Shown here piece by piece: positions 22,581 through 36,596 of a stretch of 41,125 nucleotides of DNA. Origin of the DNA: Seison nebaliae. Its lineage: Eukaryota. Both the position numbers and the translations under genes were made by a program. The notes below the pieces were generated by a model. That model saw nothing but the letters and a program-made list of their open reading frames with translations. It searched no databases and was not told the DNA's origin. The DNA lies in the NCBI GenBank assembly GCA_023231475.1, contig JALJEE010000947.1, positions 1 through 41,125 on the forward strand. The letters are read 5' to 3'. How positions within the stretch are numbered: the stretch's first letter is position 1; every line of letters starts with the position of its first letter.

Positions 22581-25500
22581 TGGAAGAAATGGGAAAGAAA
22601 TCAACATGAGATTTGTTGAAAATTTAAATGAAACACTTTTTTCATTTATCAGAAAATGAACAGTATTGAACAGACAGAGGACGAAATAGAAAAAAACCAT
22701 CATATTCCACCGTCGCTGTGGAGATATGTATTTATTAAACAATTTCTTACTGACTGATCATTTCGAACCTAATCTGAAAATTTCAACATTTCTTTTTTCT
22801 TCTATTTTCTTTATATTCTTATACAACAATTTATTATTCTAATTATAACATTTGTCATCATTTCAATCAATTATCTACTTATATTTCCCTTTTCACTAAT
22901 ATCAATCACTAGTATTCTATTTCGTTATGTGCATTATCGTTTTCATGCACAAAAATAATTAATTAATTTTCATACATTTTATCGGAAATGGGAAATCTCA
23001 TCCAAATATCCCAAACGACCCAAAAAAAACTTGTTATGTAGGAAAAGGAGAACGAGATTGAATGTTTTTCTAAGGAGTCTCTAAACTCATTTGATTTGAT
23101 ATAATAGGAAATAGAAAGGAAATCAACATTTTACTTCTTCTCAAAATGCGAGTAAAAAAAACAACCTTTATTTGATAATTAGGAAGAAATCTTTTCATTA
23201 TTTCCAATTTCATTCAGGTGGTTCGTTTTCATCCGTATTCCCATTTACATTCACTCACTAATTACATATTTCTTTATCATCATTCAATTTTTTTTATAAA
23301 ACCATTTTCTCTTGTTTATTCATCAAATAAAAGAATTTTGTTAAAAACTCAACTTTTTCCTTAATAATCTCATCGAACTGATCTGATGTGATCGAATCAC
23401 TGAACTTCCGATTGATATGAATAGAAATGACGAGGGAGATGTGTAATTAAAATGTTCCCGATATGTTAAAATAAATTCAAATAAAATAATTTTATATTTC
23501 ATCATCCAACCTCGATTATACAGGTTGTTTCTTACATAAAGTTGCTCAGTCGATTGAAACGGAGAATTAATTGTTTTTCTTCTATATCGTTAACCATTGA
23601 TAATCAGACATGAAAATAAAGAGGCTAATGATGAGCTTGTCCATTATCGAACTTCAATTTCACTCTTCTTCACTCAATTGTCATTATGATGACGACTATT
23701 ACGAGGATGATGATGATTGTGAAACGCGACAATCGATTTTCCGTATTCATATTAACTATAGACTTATTAAGATAAAATTAATTTTCTTTGTATTACAAAG
23801 TTTGTAAAATTTCATGAAGAAAAATATGACAATAATATGAACTTCCTATTAATGAGATATTGAAGATGCATTTAATGTCATTAATCAAAATAACATGCAA
23901 ATTATCTATGAAAAATTGATATTTTATTCAAATTCCTTCATTTCCCTCTCCACCTACGCCCTCAACATTTAGAATGCATCTTTCTATCTATTACTCATTT
24001 CAGAGTTGCTCCACTGAACTACAAATAGACCGCCCACTTTCTATGCTCATCAAATAAGAGAATAATAGAATAGGAAATATATTGGATATTTGTACAACAT
24101 TCCCCCAACAGATAAAACATATTAATACAACTCAATTGAGAAGTGAGAAATAAGAATTCTTCTGAACGAAAAATAAGATGTGATACGAATCTCATTTATG
24201 TTCTTCTCGGTTACTAAGGAATTACGGTAGAAAGAAGAAAAAGTAACGAACTTGAATCTCATAATAACAACATTCCATTTGTGAACTTCATTTATGTTGT
24301 GATAACACTTGAAAGTGAAGTGCAATGAAGAATTATATGTTGGCCAGTCAGCGTAATAAAAATTTGAGAAGAAAACGATTGTGAGAAATGAGAAAGGCAA
24401 AATTTTGAATTTGATGAGAAAAATCGACTACATTATGGGAGAGTTTGGAAGTTGGGAGAGAAACATCTTTTGTCAAACATGGAAATTGGAGTAGTTTAAA
24501 TTTTAGAGATATTGGAGTTACCTTTTATCCTTTATACATCCAATTTCCACAATTTGTGAAACAGATTGTATAAATAAGGAAATTTCAATTAGAAAATATT
24601 TTTTGGGAAGAAAACTAAAACTCTAAATTTAGATGTTCTTCTACTTATACTCTCCTTTTATATAGAAGATAGCATCTCCCAAAAAAATAAGAATGAACTA
24701 TCAATTCCGTCGTCTTGAGACATTGTGATTTGGAGACAAAAATATTTGAAATCTCAACATCAACTAGGACATTATGTACTTGGAAATTGAAAATGTTGTT
24801 GGAAACATTTCAAAAATCTAAATGAAAATCTCAAATAATATATCACTAAAATTCTTTTAGATTTTTGATTTATTTTATTACACAAACTATACTACTATAG
24901 TCTATACTGTTCAAACATTACCTTTCTATTGTTTCAACGGTGTTGTACGAGTGAATAGTGAAAACTCATTGATTTATGTAGTTATTTTGTCTTGATGAAT
25001 GAGAAGACCGGAAAACTTAATTTATTTGATTATGTAACGAGTGGTACATAATAAGAGATAGAGAAGTTGGAGGAACTGAATAAAGTGAAAAAAACTCCTT
25101 TTCAAGGTCATTTGAGCAACATGAACAATTATAAATTGAGAGATAAAAGAGAGGAACACAAAACATTTCATTAACATCACGTTGCTCTAAAAATAACTCA
25201 AGATCGACGTCGTAAAACTAAGAAATTTCCATATCGATTCGTAAGTACTTCAAATTGACAAACACCGGTTCGCATCGCGTTAATCATAATAGACCAATCT
25301 ACGTTAAACGATTGCTCTTAATCTCCTATACACTTCCGTTCTCATTCTTCTTCATCGATTCTAAAAAAAAATTTGCGATTGATATCTCGTTGAAGATAAA
25401 ACAAAATGAAACCTGTCAATCAATCGTAAATTTCATCATTCTTTCTTTTGTTTCATCGTATAACTTCGATGACCATAAACTGAAAATAGGATATTAAATC

Positions 25501-26205
25501 ATAACTAATAACCAGGTACTATTATACATCAGCAATGATATGTCCGATGGACATTGTATGGATTTTAAAAAGGAAAACTATTGAAATGAATGAAAATTAT
25601 ATCGTTTAAACTAATTTACTAATAAAATTAATTTTGAATATAACATTAATTTGTCGATTAATTGGAAAGATTTCCAAACATATTGTATCTGAATCTTAAA
25701 TGTTAATTCTTAAATAGTTGATAATATTATGTCAATAATCTTATCTTATAATTGATAGAGTTCAATGTGAACATTTAATTAAAATGAAATGTGTTTAGAA
25801 AGCAGATGATTGAGATAAATTGATTCAAAGGAAACTAATAGAATATTTTTATTAAAATTTTCTTTTTAAAAGATGAAAATAAAGAGATAATTAAACGAAA
25901 AGATCGATCATTCAATTTGAGGAAAGAAAACCATCGGACGTGACAGATTCATGGGGAGAAGATGCAACAAGATTGTTGGTGAAGAATTAATGAAAGTTAG
26001 AGTTAGATAATATGGAATTTTGATGATGCGATTATAAAGTTCGAAATGGAGACAATGAGAAGATATTGGAGTAAATTGATCGATATTTCATCCAGGGCTC
26101 TTGTGAATTAAATGGCTCATTTTTCATGCTCCCCAACAAAATTAGTCAACGGAAATTATGACGAATACTTACAAGAGAAGAAGTTGTAATTCGACTGCTA
26201 CTCTC

Positions 26206-29180
26206 CTACGTATTGGTAGTGAGTGACTGTTGATTATTTTGTGATTTTTTCAAATATAATCTATGAATGAGAATGATAGAGAATGTGTATATGAAACAAC
26301 CAACTTTTTGTGACGTTCAATTAATTGTTGTTTACGTTGTTGAAATCTATAATTATCGAGATGATTTTAAAAGAATTCATTCAATAGGAAAATCACTAAC
26401 TCTATATTACAATTATTCAAATCATTATTTTTAACTAAACCATTATTATTATTATTATTGTTGTTGTTATTGTAATTATTTGGTTGATGTTGGAGGAAAT
26501 CATTATTCGTATCATTCCCAATGCTATCATTCTCGTCATTGAGGAAAGGATTATTATTATTCTCCTCCAATAATGATAGGGGAGACTCGAATCGATTATT
26601 AATATCAGGAACGTCACTCCTCACCAAATCGGCAGTTAAAATATGACGAATATTACAAAGTAATTTCCATAAAGGAATTAGAACATAGTCACTAAATGGC
26701 ATGAGAATATAATGAATAAAATAATTTAGAGATGTATATTCATCGCCCATATCTTCTCCCAATAGCAGATCGTCATCGTCGTCATCTTCCACGTCATCTA
26801 CATCATCTAAATCTAAATCATCTTCCGAATCTGAAGTATTCCTCAAAAACTCGTTTTCCAATTCGGAATATAAAGTTGGAAATCGTTGAATGTTTCGTCG
26901 ACTGAGTCGTCGATTATCATTTTCTTCTTCGTTAGTTGTTGGTAGTGGTGGTGGTGGAGGTGGTGGTGAAAGTTGAAGTTCATTCGAATTTTCTTCTAAA
27001 TTGTCCGTTTGTGTCGGTGCCGTTACTTCTTCCAATGAACGTGGTTGTGAGGCAACGATTCCATCGAGGATATTATTTACCGTTTCTTCAGCATTGCGAG
27101 TAATGAATAAATCTTGAATGATGTCCTCCACCGGTATTTGTGGAAATAATTCATTTTGAATTAGAGTTGCCTATTCAAAGTGGATTTTGGAATGATAGAA
27201 ATTATTGATAGAAATGAACTTCAATTCGACGTTGTTCCATACTGTTCAAACGTGTCTGATTATCATTTGGAGAACTGTGATAGACTTCGATGGAGAATGT
27301 GGGTAACCAACTGATATATCTCGACCCTAATAATAATAATAATTAATGAAATGTTGTCAGAGAAAGATTATATGAAGAGAGAAAATAACAATTGATATCA
27401 AATCGATAATTTCGAGTATAAGACATAAATGGAAATGATGGACGATTTGTTCGAATTCGAAGATTATTCAATAATCTTCTCAATTGATCTCGTCGTCCAT
27501 TATTATTCAAATTCGCCCCATTCGTCATTGTCGTCGTCGTCGTCGTAGTAGTGGTTGTTGTTGTTGCTGTTGTAGTTCCATCATTATTTGTATTATTGAT
27601 TTGTGTGGATTGTTGTTGAGGATTGGGCCAAGTCCATCGACAAGTCGGACAACTGGGAACTCGTGTGAACCAATTGAAGAAACAATTATAATGGAACCAA
27701 TGACCGCATGGCAATTTCCGAACGTCATTCGCCAACTCCTCCCAACAAATCGCACATGTTTTATCACCATTCTTTTTCTTCATTTGAATTTCCGATTTGG
27801 TAGCTTTCTGGAAATGTTCTTCGATACATTTTTCCGATTGGATCGCAAATCGATGAGCTCTTAATCGTTTATTCATATCGTAACTTCGATATCGAATCTG
27901 CAAGAAGACGGCGATCGTCACAATACTAAAATAAAATTTCCCATGTATCAACATATGGAGATGGTGGAAAATGTCCACACAACCCGCCAACAATTCACCA
28001 CCATATTCGATATAATATGGAAGTGAGAAGCGTTCGGCCGTTCTCCTCAAAATCAACAATAAATATTTCTCCGTCACAATTAACGTTCTCAAAATCAAAT
28101 ATGTACACTACAATTTTCAATAATTAAAATTTCCATAATATAAAATTAATTAAATATTAATTAATAAAATGAAGATAATAAATAAAACTTCGGTCATCAT
28201 AAAAACTGAAATTGATAAATTTGCTGTCATCGTTCCGAAAACCGTCAAAAATTGCATCGACAACAATAACGATATGACACAATTGAGAAGCATGAGAATC
28301 TTCAAATTCTTTATATTTCGATCTTGTTCGTTATTTGACGGTGATTGCTAAACAAATGAAAAAATGAAAATTTATTAAAAAATTTATTTGAACTTGATCC
28401 GATCGCGATCTCGCTATTAATATGAGAATTCGAACGAATCCCGTAATCGTCGACCACGACAACCAAATCAATCGATCGATCGTGTTATCGGGACAAAGTA
28501 CTTGTAAAATGAATACGATCTTATAACAAGCGATATTACACAATTTCTCAGTGACTAGATGTGCTTCACCGTTATTGAGTCGTCCGAAAAATAAAGAAAT
28601 CACAATCCTCGCTATCCAAATGAAAATCACATACATTTGATTGAGAATTACCTGAAATTAATAAAAAAACATAATATATAATATTAAATTATTTTCACTG
28701 AAAATTTTTGAAAAATTTTTTTTATTTTTTTTCAGTTCATCAATTTTAATCAAATTCAAAATTTTAATTTAATTTACTAACCACGTCACATAATGAACAT
28801 TTCCAATTGTCAGTCATTATCGAAAGAATTAGATGAGTAATCCGATCGCATTTCGCTGAAAACGATGAAGCGATCGGTTTCGTATAATAATATTGGAATT
28901 CTGAACAATTCGGTGTTTCAGTTCTCCATTTGATGATAGTATCAATCGAATATTTTGTTTCTTTTTTCTCGTAGGAACAAATGACGGATGAACTCGATGT
29001 CTCCTCGTAGAGGATGAGGAAAGTATAAATATAATAGATGAGTGCAACGAGGAAAGTCGTCGTACTGACAATGGAATATTTCCTCCAAGTAGGCAGAAGA
29101 TGCATGTCCATATCGGTAAGCAGACGACGTCTAAGAAATTTGTGAAAATGAAAAAAATAAAAAATTTTTATCTACTTCAT
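26206..29180 (-). CDS. AMFR: ERAD E3 ubiquitin ligase AMFR/gp78 (multi-TM, RING-H2, CUE, G2BR-like; 9 exons)
   Basis: Hydrophobic N-terminal half; RING-H2 CAICWEEL...LPCGHWFHYNC...W...SCPTCR; WSRYISWLPTFSIEV (cf. GSRIASWLPSFSVEV); CUE LFPQIPVEDIIQDL.ITRNAEETVNNILDG; G2BR-like FQQRKQQLIERHKKLYL. The start is either ATG 29180 (via intron 29131-29175) or ATG 29111. Confidence 0.9.
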
Positions 29181-30934
29181 CTAGTCTTCCGATATTAATT
29201 TTCCAATTTTCTTAATTCACTTCACCTTACACGCAATTATGTGAAGCACAGAGAGAGAGAGAGAAAGACAGACACAGAATCACATACATAACAGACGAAC
29301 GCCTGCATTCCATACGACAAGATACGAGAGAATTGCATAAACATACACAATCTCCTTTGCAATGTAGTTGATGTTACACTAATTAATTATTTGAATGGAG
29401 AAAAAATAGAAGTTATTTTTCTTTCAAATCTCCTCGACATTTTCGTTTCCTTTCAAATTTTTTTCAATTTTCTCCCAATTTCTTTAATGGAATTAAAGGC
29501 TTCATCTTTTTTCCTTTTCTTTCTCATCTGGATGAATATATTGTTGACCATCATATTGATAAATAACAGGAAACCATATATATTTCGATAGATCAATTTC
29601 TCTTTAATCATTCCCCAATTAACAGGTGTCAATTTTTCTTTCTTTTTTATCTACTGTCTCACACCTATTATACTCATATCAACATTCTTAAGCTTCTTTA
29701 TTGTTTTCTATAATTAACTGTTCATTAACCATTATTATTAAATCTTTAATAGGTTTTTCAGTTAAACGATATAATCAATCATTAAATCCATATATCAGAA
29801 TGATTTTTGAATTAATAAATTTTTTCTTAATTAGGATTAGTAGATTTAAGACTTATTAAATTATACAATTTACAAATTGTTAGTTAATTAAAAAAAAATA
29901 TATTCCACTAGTGATTCACAGGAATTTGGAAATTTGTTGGTAAAAGTCTCTTTGGTGTGTAATAAATGAAAATTTTTTTTTCCTTTAAAAATTAACGTAC
30001 ATACTAAAACCATGATTTTAAATTGTTTAATAGAGTCGAGAAATTAAGTAGGTCCTTTACGGAAATGATTAGTTATCACATGCGATGTACATATCAAGAA
30101 ATATTTGTGAAACAAATTCATGACATTCATATAATGCTTTTTATGCATTTTAAACATTATTTGTGAATTATGATTGAATTGAATATGAACACCAACAATA
30201 TTGATATTATTATTATTGATATCAATCATCTTTATGTTGATTCAGTATTAATGTGCCTAATTGTTATGGGATACTTTTATTAGGTTTTCAAGTATCAGAC
30301 CACACATTCATCAGCCGGATGCAATAATTATACTTAAAATTTCAAAACGGTAGATGATTTCAACATTTCCTTCGTCTACTTTAAATGTATATTTGTTTTT
30401 TAAGTTCATTTATACAAATGATACAATTTTTTCTCTAATAGTTATTCAATTGAAATAATTAACCAGATTTGAGGAAAGAAGATATTCAATTTGCACTAGA
30501 AATAATTCGAACGCTTCTTGTGATTCATATTCACCAAGTATTCATATAAAATTCATGTGAAGGTATTTGGTCGACAAAATATATGAATAAGATTTTTACT
30601 GGACAATTTGCATAATCGTTTCCGTGATTCATACTTGTGCTCTATTTTGTACATTGTGCTCAAAAATTATGCAAGACGAAGAACACGAAGAAAAAGTTAT
30701 TATATTTTTTACAATACTTCTAATTACCAGTTTAATTGAAAGCGATGAACATACACTCTCCAATTAAATTTTTAAATAATAAGACTTTAATAACAAAAGG
30801 CCGAATTTAATCATAATAAAAGAATTGTGGTAGTTAAATAACAAAATCCAAAATTTTGTTTAGTTGTTGATGAAAACATTTTATGATGAAATAAATTTTA
30901 ATGGAAAATGAGGTTAACTCGGAGGTATAGTTCG

Positions 30935-32090
30935 TTATAAGCAAACTCGATTGATTATTGTTGCTCCATATTCGTCATATTTTCGTTTGCTAACCCATTG
31001 AGAGGCGAAAGAGGCGAGACTAGCTAAAATTTGGCCGCCCATCCAAACGGAATATTTTCTTTGAATTGGTGCGATAACTTTAATTTTCGTTCCTCTCGGA
31101 GCTAATAGATATAACTCTTTTTCCAAACGTTTTTCTATATCAGGGAAGAGAGTCGTTCCACCAGAAATGACGATATGTCTGAATAATGTTCGTCGAAGAT
31201 CGATATCCGATTTCATAATCGATTCATAGAATGATTCATGAATTCCATTCATTTCCATTCCCAGTAAATGTGGTTGAAAGAGTGCTTCCGGACATCTAAA
31301 TCTTTCTTTCCCAATCGATAATACTTGACCGTCAGGCAATGTATAATTAATTGGTTTGGTTTGACTGTTCATCTCCTTCTCATAATCCATTGACACATAA
31401 CAACATTTCTCTTTGATTTGACGACAAATTTCATATTCCGCTAAAATGTTTCATAAAATGTTGAAGGTTTTTTTGAAGAAAAAAACCTGAAGCAAATGAA
31501 CGGAAATTAGCCTCTGACAATAGTTTTGCCATTCGTTCTGTTAATGATCTTCCTGCCAAATTACTTCGTACGATTGCATGTTTAAGAGCATAGCCTTCAT
31601 AAACTGGTACACTATGTGTTACACCGTCACCACTATCAAGTGTAACACCAGTTGTAAGTCCATTCGCGTATAAAGACAATACAGCTTGCATCTCAATATG
31701 GATTGCTGGCATATCAAACTTTTCGAAACAAAGTTCCGCCATTTTCTCCCGATTCGCTTTCGGATTCAATGGCGCTTCAGTAAACAAAAACGGATGTTCC
31801 TCTGGACTAATTCTTAATTCGTTGTAGAAAGTGTGATGCCAAATTTTTTCCATGGCATCCCAATCATTTACAATTCCATTTTGAATTGGATAAACGATAT
31901 CTAAAATTCCTCGATGATGTTCAGCTTGATCTCCTACGAATTCGGATCGACCTGCCGCCACCATAACTTTCGGATATTTCACTCTTCCGTAACAACAAGC
32001 AAATTGGACACTTGGTGCTTCATCAGTATGCATTCCTGCTTTAATCGCACCAGAGCCACAGTCGACGATAACTGGATTGATGGAATCCAT
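30935..32090 (-). CDS. Divergent actin-family protein (mixed actin/Arp1 features; 2 exons)
   Basis: [54 protein letters not shown] and RKYSVWMGG. One 46-nt GTT-AG intron at 31441-31486. Confidence 0.93.
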
Positions 32091-32271
32091 TTTGAAAATT
32101 TTTGATGGAAATAAAGAGTTCGATTGATGGTTTACTCTAATCAGAGTTATGTTATAGAGGAAGAATGTTCAAGACGAATAATAAAGAATGAAAATTTTAT
32201 TTACTTTAACTATGTAATCTGACTGATTGTGTGATTGTTCCGCCGAATAATGTAAATAAGAAACGGTAAAG

Positions 32272-32935
32272 TTAACTCGCGAAAAATTCCTGAAATTTTG
32301 ATAATTTCAATTCGAAATTCTGCAATTCTTTCCGATGCATTGTTCTATATCCGAGAAACTGAAAATTATAAATTATTAAAAAGTTAAATATTATAAAATT
32401 TTTAACATCTTTCTGTAAATATTTCATTTGGAATAATTTCTTCCTTTGCTTATCATATTCACGTTCTTTCCCATAAGATATTGCTGCTATTGGATTCGCC
32501 GTATAATGATCCTCTAATGAAGTAGAGAATCAAATTTTATTCGTTTTAAATATTCAACTAACTGCTCACTTTATTCAGTTTGGAATATTGTCCTTTCAAG
32601 AATGGATATAAAGTACATTGTCGACAGTTGTGCGTACTATAATAATTTAAATGTGAATGTTGCATTCGTGCTCGTTTCAGTTCTCTTTCTACTCTGTTAA
32701 TTGAATAACCTATTGGTAGTCCTTCTTCTAACCAATGTTTCGTCTTAATCATCTGCGTCGGTTTACAAATAGGACATGGTTTGTTTGCTCGATTATTCCG
32801 ATTCAATCGTTCTACTCTATCAAAATATCGTCGAATGACAGCTGGATCTTGTACAGGCAATTGGACATCGTTGTTGAAAAAGGCACTATCTACTACTTGT
32901 GTGACCAACTTATAGTCTTTATCAAATTTATGCAT
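32272..32935 (-). CDS. Hypothetical basic protein with two CxxC motifs (3 exons)
   Basis: The open exon 32935 to about 32563 (CPIC, CRQC) splices through two GTT-AG introns to KDHYTANPIAAISYGKERE...FQEFFAS*. No family recognised. Confidence 0.65.
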
Positions 32936-33257
32936 TCCCAAATTGAAACAATTTTCAAATTAAACTTTTAAATGAAATCCTATTCGCCTTTCTATAAATG
33001 TTCTCGTTTCTTTCGTCTTTTACTGATTCTTACTTAAGATTATTCTCTTCTCTTTGATTTACATCTAGTGAATCCTTAACATTTGTATTAAATAATCATT
33101 AAATGGTGTGCATTTTGTTGGATAGCAATCAAAAATTTGTTGACGGAAAAAACATGAATTTAATAATAAATAATAAATAAGTTAAGACTCTTTTAAATAA
33201 TTTTTTCAAATGATCAAATTTATTAAATTTAATGGAATCGAACAAGTTTAATTTATT

Positions 33258-36200
33258 TTATCGATTGGAGCGTTTACATAATTCCATATAAATTTGATTC
33301 CGATGAGTTTCTCCATAAGACGACAGAAAAGGAACTGAAACGATAAAATAAAACTTTAAAAAATTTGGAAAATAATCAAACTGGGTAATTTTGATGAAAT
33401 CGGTGTAAATTCTCGGTCGACAGGTAAATTCTGGAAATTATATCGATTTTATGTTGGAACAGAAATTTAAAAGAAACTTTAAGTCGTTCAGATCTTAATT
33501 TACTTATTTCAAAATCTAATTTTCTCAATGCAACATCATGTTGACCGATACGATGAACTAAAGCGTCAGCAGCATCGATGTTATCAAATTTCCCGTAATT
33601 ATCACCAATTCCTTCATCATAATCATCTATCGATTGATTTCGCCTAACACCGATATGTTCATCACGGTTAATTTGTGCCACTGTATCATATCTCTATTGA
33701 TAGAGATAAAGATAAATATATAAATTCAATAAGAAATGGAACTGATGTGAATTTTTCATCCGATTGAACTTTTTCTTTGAGAGTTTCATGAAAATTCCGG
33801 AATTGCTACAGAATCAGTTGATTAAAAATTAACATTTTAAACACCAATACATTCAATTAAAGACTAACATCTAAAGTTTCACTCATTTTCTTCTCGAAAC
33901 TGTGAATTCGGTTAGAAATCTCTTTATTCTCCAATTTTATTTCTTCCATCTCATCTTTAATGTGAGTAGTCATTCGTTTTTCATAATCTTTTAATGTCGT
34001 CGAATTAATTTCACTAATTTCCTTCTTTAGATGTTGCCTTAAATTGTTAATTGTTTCTTCAGTTATTTGAGGTTCCACCGATGTCGATGATGTTGTCGAT
34101 TGGAATTTCTTCAGAATCTTCTCATTTTTCTCCGTGAAATTATCAAATTTTTTCGAGAAATCCGCTTGATGCTTCTTCCATTTATCATCGATCTCTTTTG
34201 TAAATTTATTAAATTGATTCAAATTCGCTTTCTCTATTTTACTAGAGAGTCCCATTAATTCAACATCTGCATTTCTTCCCGACGAATTCTTCTTTTCTGA
34301 ATTATGCTTGATTTCAGTTTGTAAATTTTGGAATTCATATCTCAACTGTTTCGCTAATTCTTCACCTAGTTTCTTTATCTATAGATAAAATTTATAAATT
34401 CGAATTGATTAAAAATGAAAATTTACATAAGACGAACTTCTTTTTCATGAAGAATCCTTTCCAAGTTCTTATCTTTTTCCATTGTCGATAATTGTTGTCG
34501 AATATCTTTTATTTCAAAATTGAAACGCCTTTCAAGTTCATCGTTATCCGGTTTCGTAATATCGTTTTCTATGATTGGTTCTACTTTTGGTTTATCATCA
34601 AGTTTTATTATAGTTCTCTTCACTTCTTCAATATGTGTCGAAGACGATTCAGTTGAGAGAGATTTTTCACTTATCGAATGGTTGAATAAGTCATTATCGT
34701 TATGGTCGAGAATATCGCTTTTGGATTTAGTTGATGAATCGTCAGAAAATGATTGTGCTTTATTCTCAAGAAAATCGTTGTATGGGTCGAAAATTGAATC
34801 TTTTTCCGTTTTCTCATCTTCACTACTATCTGTACTGATATTGTCATTGGGAATTAGAGTTTGAGTTTTTATTTCTGGTCGTTTCGAGTTTAATACTTCC
34901 ATTATTGGTTTTGTGCTTGGTATTGACATTTTCTTTCCCGACCAATTTTCCACTTGCAATGAATCATCATCATTCTCACTTGTAAGACTCGTATTAGAGT
35001 CTGGTTCATTTTGGAATATGTTTTTGAATCGTTCTTCCGTCGATTCGGTTTTATTTTCGTCCGATTTACTCGATTTGTCTCCATTTCTTAGTACACTTAA
35101 TTGTTTTGGTATATCTTCCACCGAATCTCCAAACTATGAAACATATAAAAAATAAGTCTAAATAAACTAACTCCTTTAGGAGGACTTAATGGATTAGATG
35201 ACTTTTCATCATAAACCGTATCATCGTCTGTATTTTCATTAGATGTTGTTCTACTTTCATTATCTATTTTTTTCGCGCCGTCATGCTCAGTTAATTCGTC
35301 ATCTGTTAATGAGATACTGGTGGAAGTGTCATCATCATCAGATTCATTCCGATTTTTTAGGAAATTGATGTACTGACAGAAAACATCAGTACAACTGGCA
35401 TTATCCGTCAAATCTTGTGGCAATTTGCCATTGTGATTTTTGACGAATGGTGACGCATTATTTTCGCAGAGACAGCGAATCGTATCAAAATCATTATTTA
35501 CTGCCGCTATATGCAATGGTGTGTCACCATTTTTTGTTATCTATTTAATAGAATATATTTTAATTTGAAAATTTAATTTTATGTTAAACAAAAAAGAACT
35601 TTATTGACATTAGCGTAATTGACTATTGTTTGTATGATGTCAAAAGATTGAGCATATGAAGCTAGATGTAATGGACTATATCCTTCGTTATCAATCGCAT
35701 CGACATTAATTGGATCAGGAAAAACGGTTGACAAAATTTTTTTAATTATTTCACTTCTGTTATATCTGACTATGGAGTGGAGATATGTTTGTTGTTGTTT
35801 ATCGGGAGTATTCAACGATATGATGTCTTTCCGTGCTAGTTCCATGGCACGTTCGATAACCAAATTCATAATTTCTTCATTCTCACCTTCAATAGCGTAT
35901 GCTATCGCTGTTTTACCATTTTCATCTTCTATGTCTAATTTCACTTGATTACTGTTTAATAGAAATTGAACATTGTTCACTGATTTCATTTCAATAGCGT
36001 AATGTAACAAAGTCCTTTAATTAACGATATTATATCATTATTATTCTACATTAATTCCACTAACTTGTCTTCGTAAGAAGTATTCAAATTGACATTCCTC
36101 GTATTGTTTTCTCGCAGTGATTTATTGGTGAGCACATCATTTACTATTCTTGGTATTGGAGATTTGATGGTGGTGACATCATAAGAGTTCTTCCTCGAAT

Positions 36201-36279
36201 ACAAAGGACTTTTCTTTGTGATCGATGCACTTCGACTCTTTCGTTTCCGCAAACCAATTTTCTCCAAAACCTTCTTCAT
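33258..36279 (-). CDS. Ankyrin-repeat protein with an acidic Ser-rich linker and C-terminal coiled coil (9 exons)
   Basis: Ankyrin repeats TLLHYA, GKTAIAYA, QTYLHSI, GYSPLHLA and GDTPLHIAA, then an acidic low-complexity region and heptad-rich helices. Eight GTT-AG introns keep the frame to TAA at 33258. Confidence 0.85.
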
Positions 36280-36596
36280 AATTCTACGTAATGGAGCGAT
36301 ACCACAATTTCCATGGTTACAGTTCCATCAAATTATCTATCAAAAATGTCTGATTATGCCTTTTTATCTATATTATATTATTCCAATGTTTGAAGATTAG
36401 GCTTCAAAATATCAAAATCGCTTTTATCATCTTTATAATGATGTTTCCATGCCATAAACAAGTTAATTAATGAGAGAATATAATGTTTATAATTAATTAG
36501 GTTTGAAAAAAATGAAAAAATAAATTGTAAATTAATTAAAATAATTAATAGTGGATAAAGACAAATAAAGTTGATGGAATAAATAAATAATTTAAT

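Noticed and set aside
22600..26150. ORFs at 23610, 24122 and 25255
   Set aside because: Low-complexity, motif-free translations. Treated as 3' UTR or intergenic sequence.
30044..30700. Possible decayed RING-like pseudogene on the minus strand (CIICINEL...)
   Set aside because: Many stops and incomplete ligand spacing; cannot be distinguished from chance.
27484..35155. Antisense or alternate-frame ORFs over the AMFR, actin-like and ankyrin genes
   Set aside because: Shadow ORFs of real exons; the poly-Cys and poly-Arg runs come from trinucleotide repeats.
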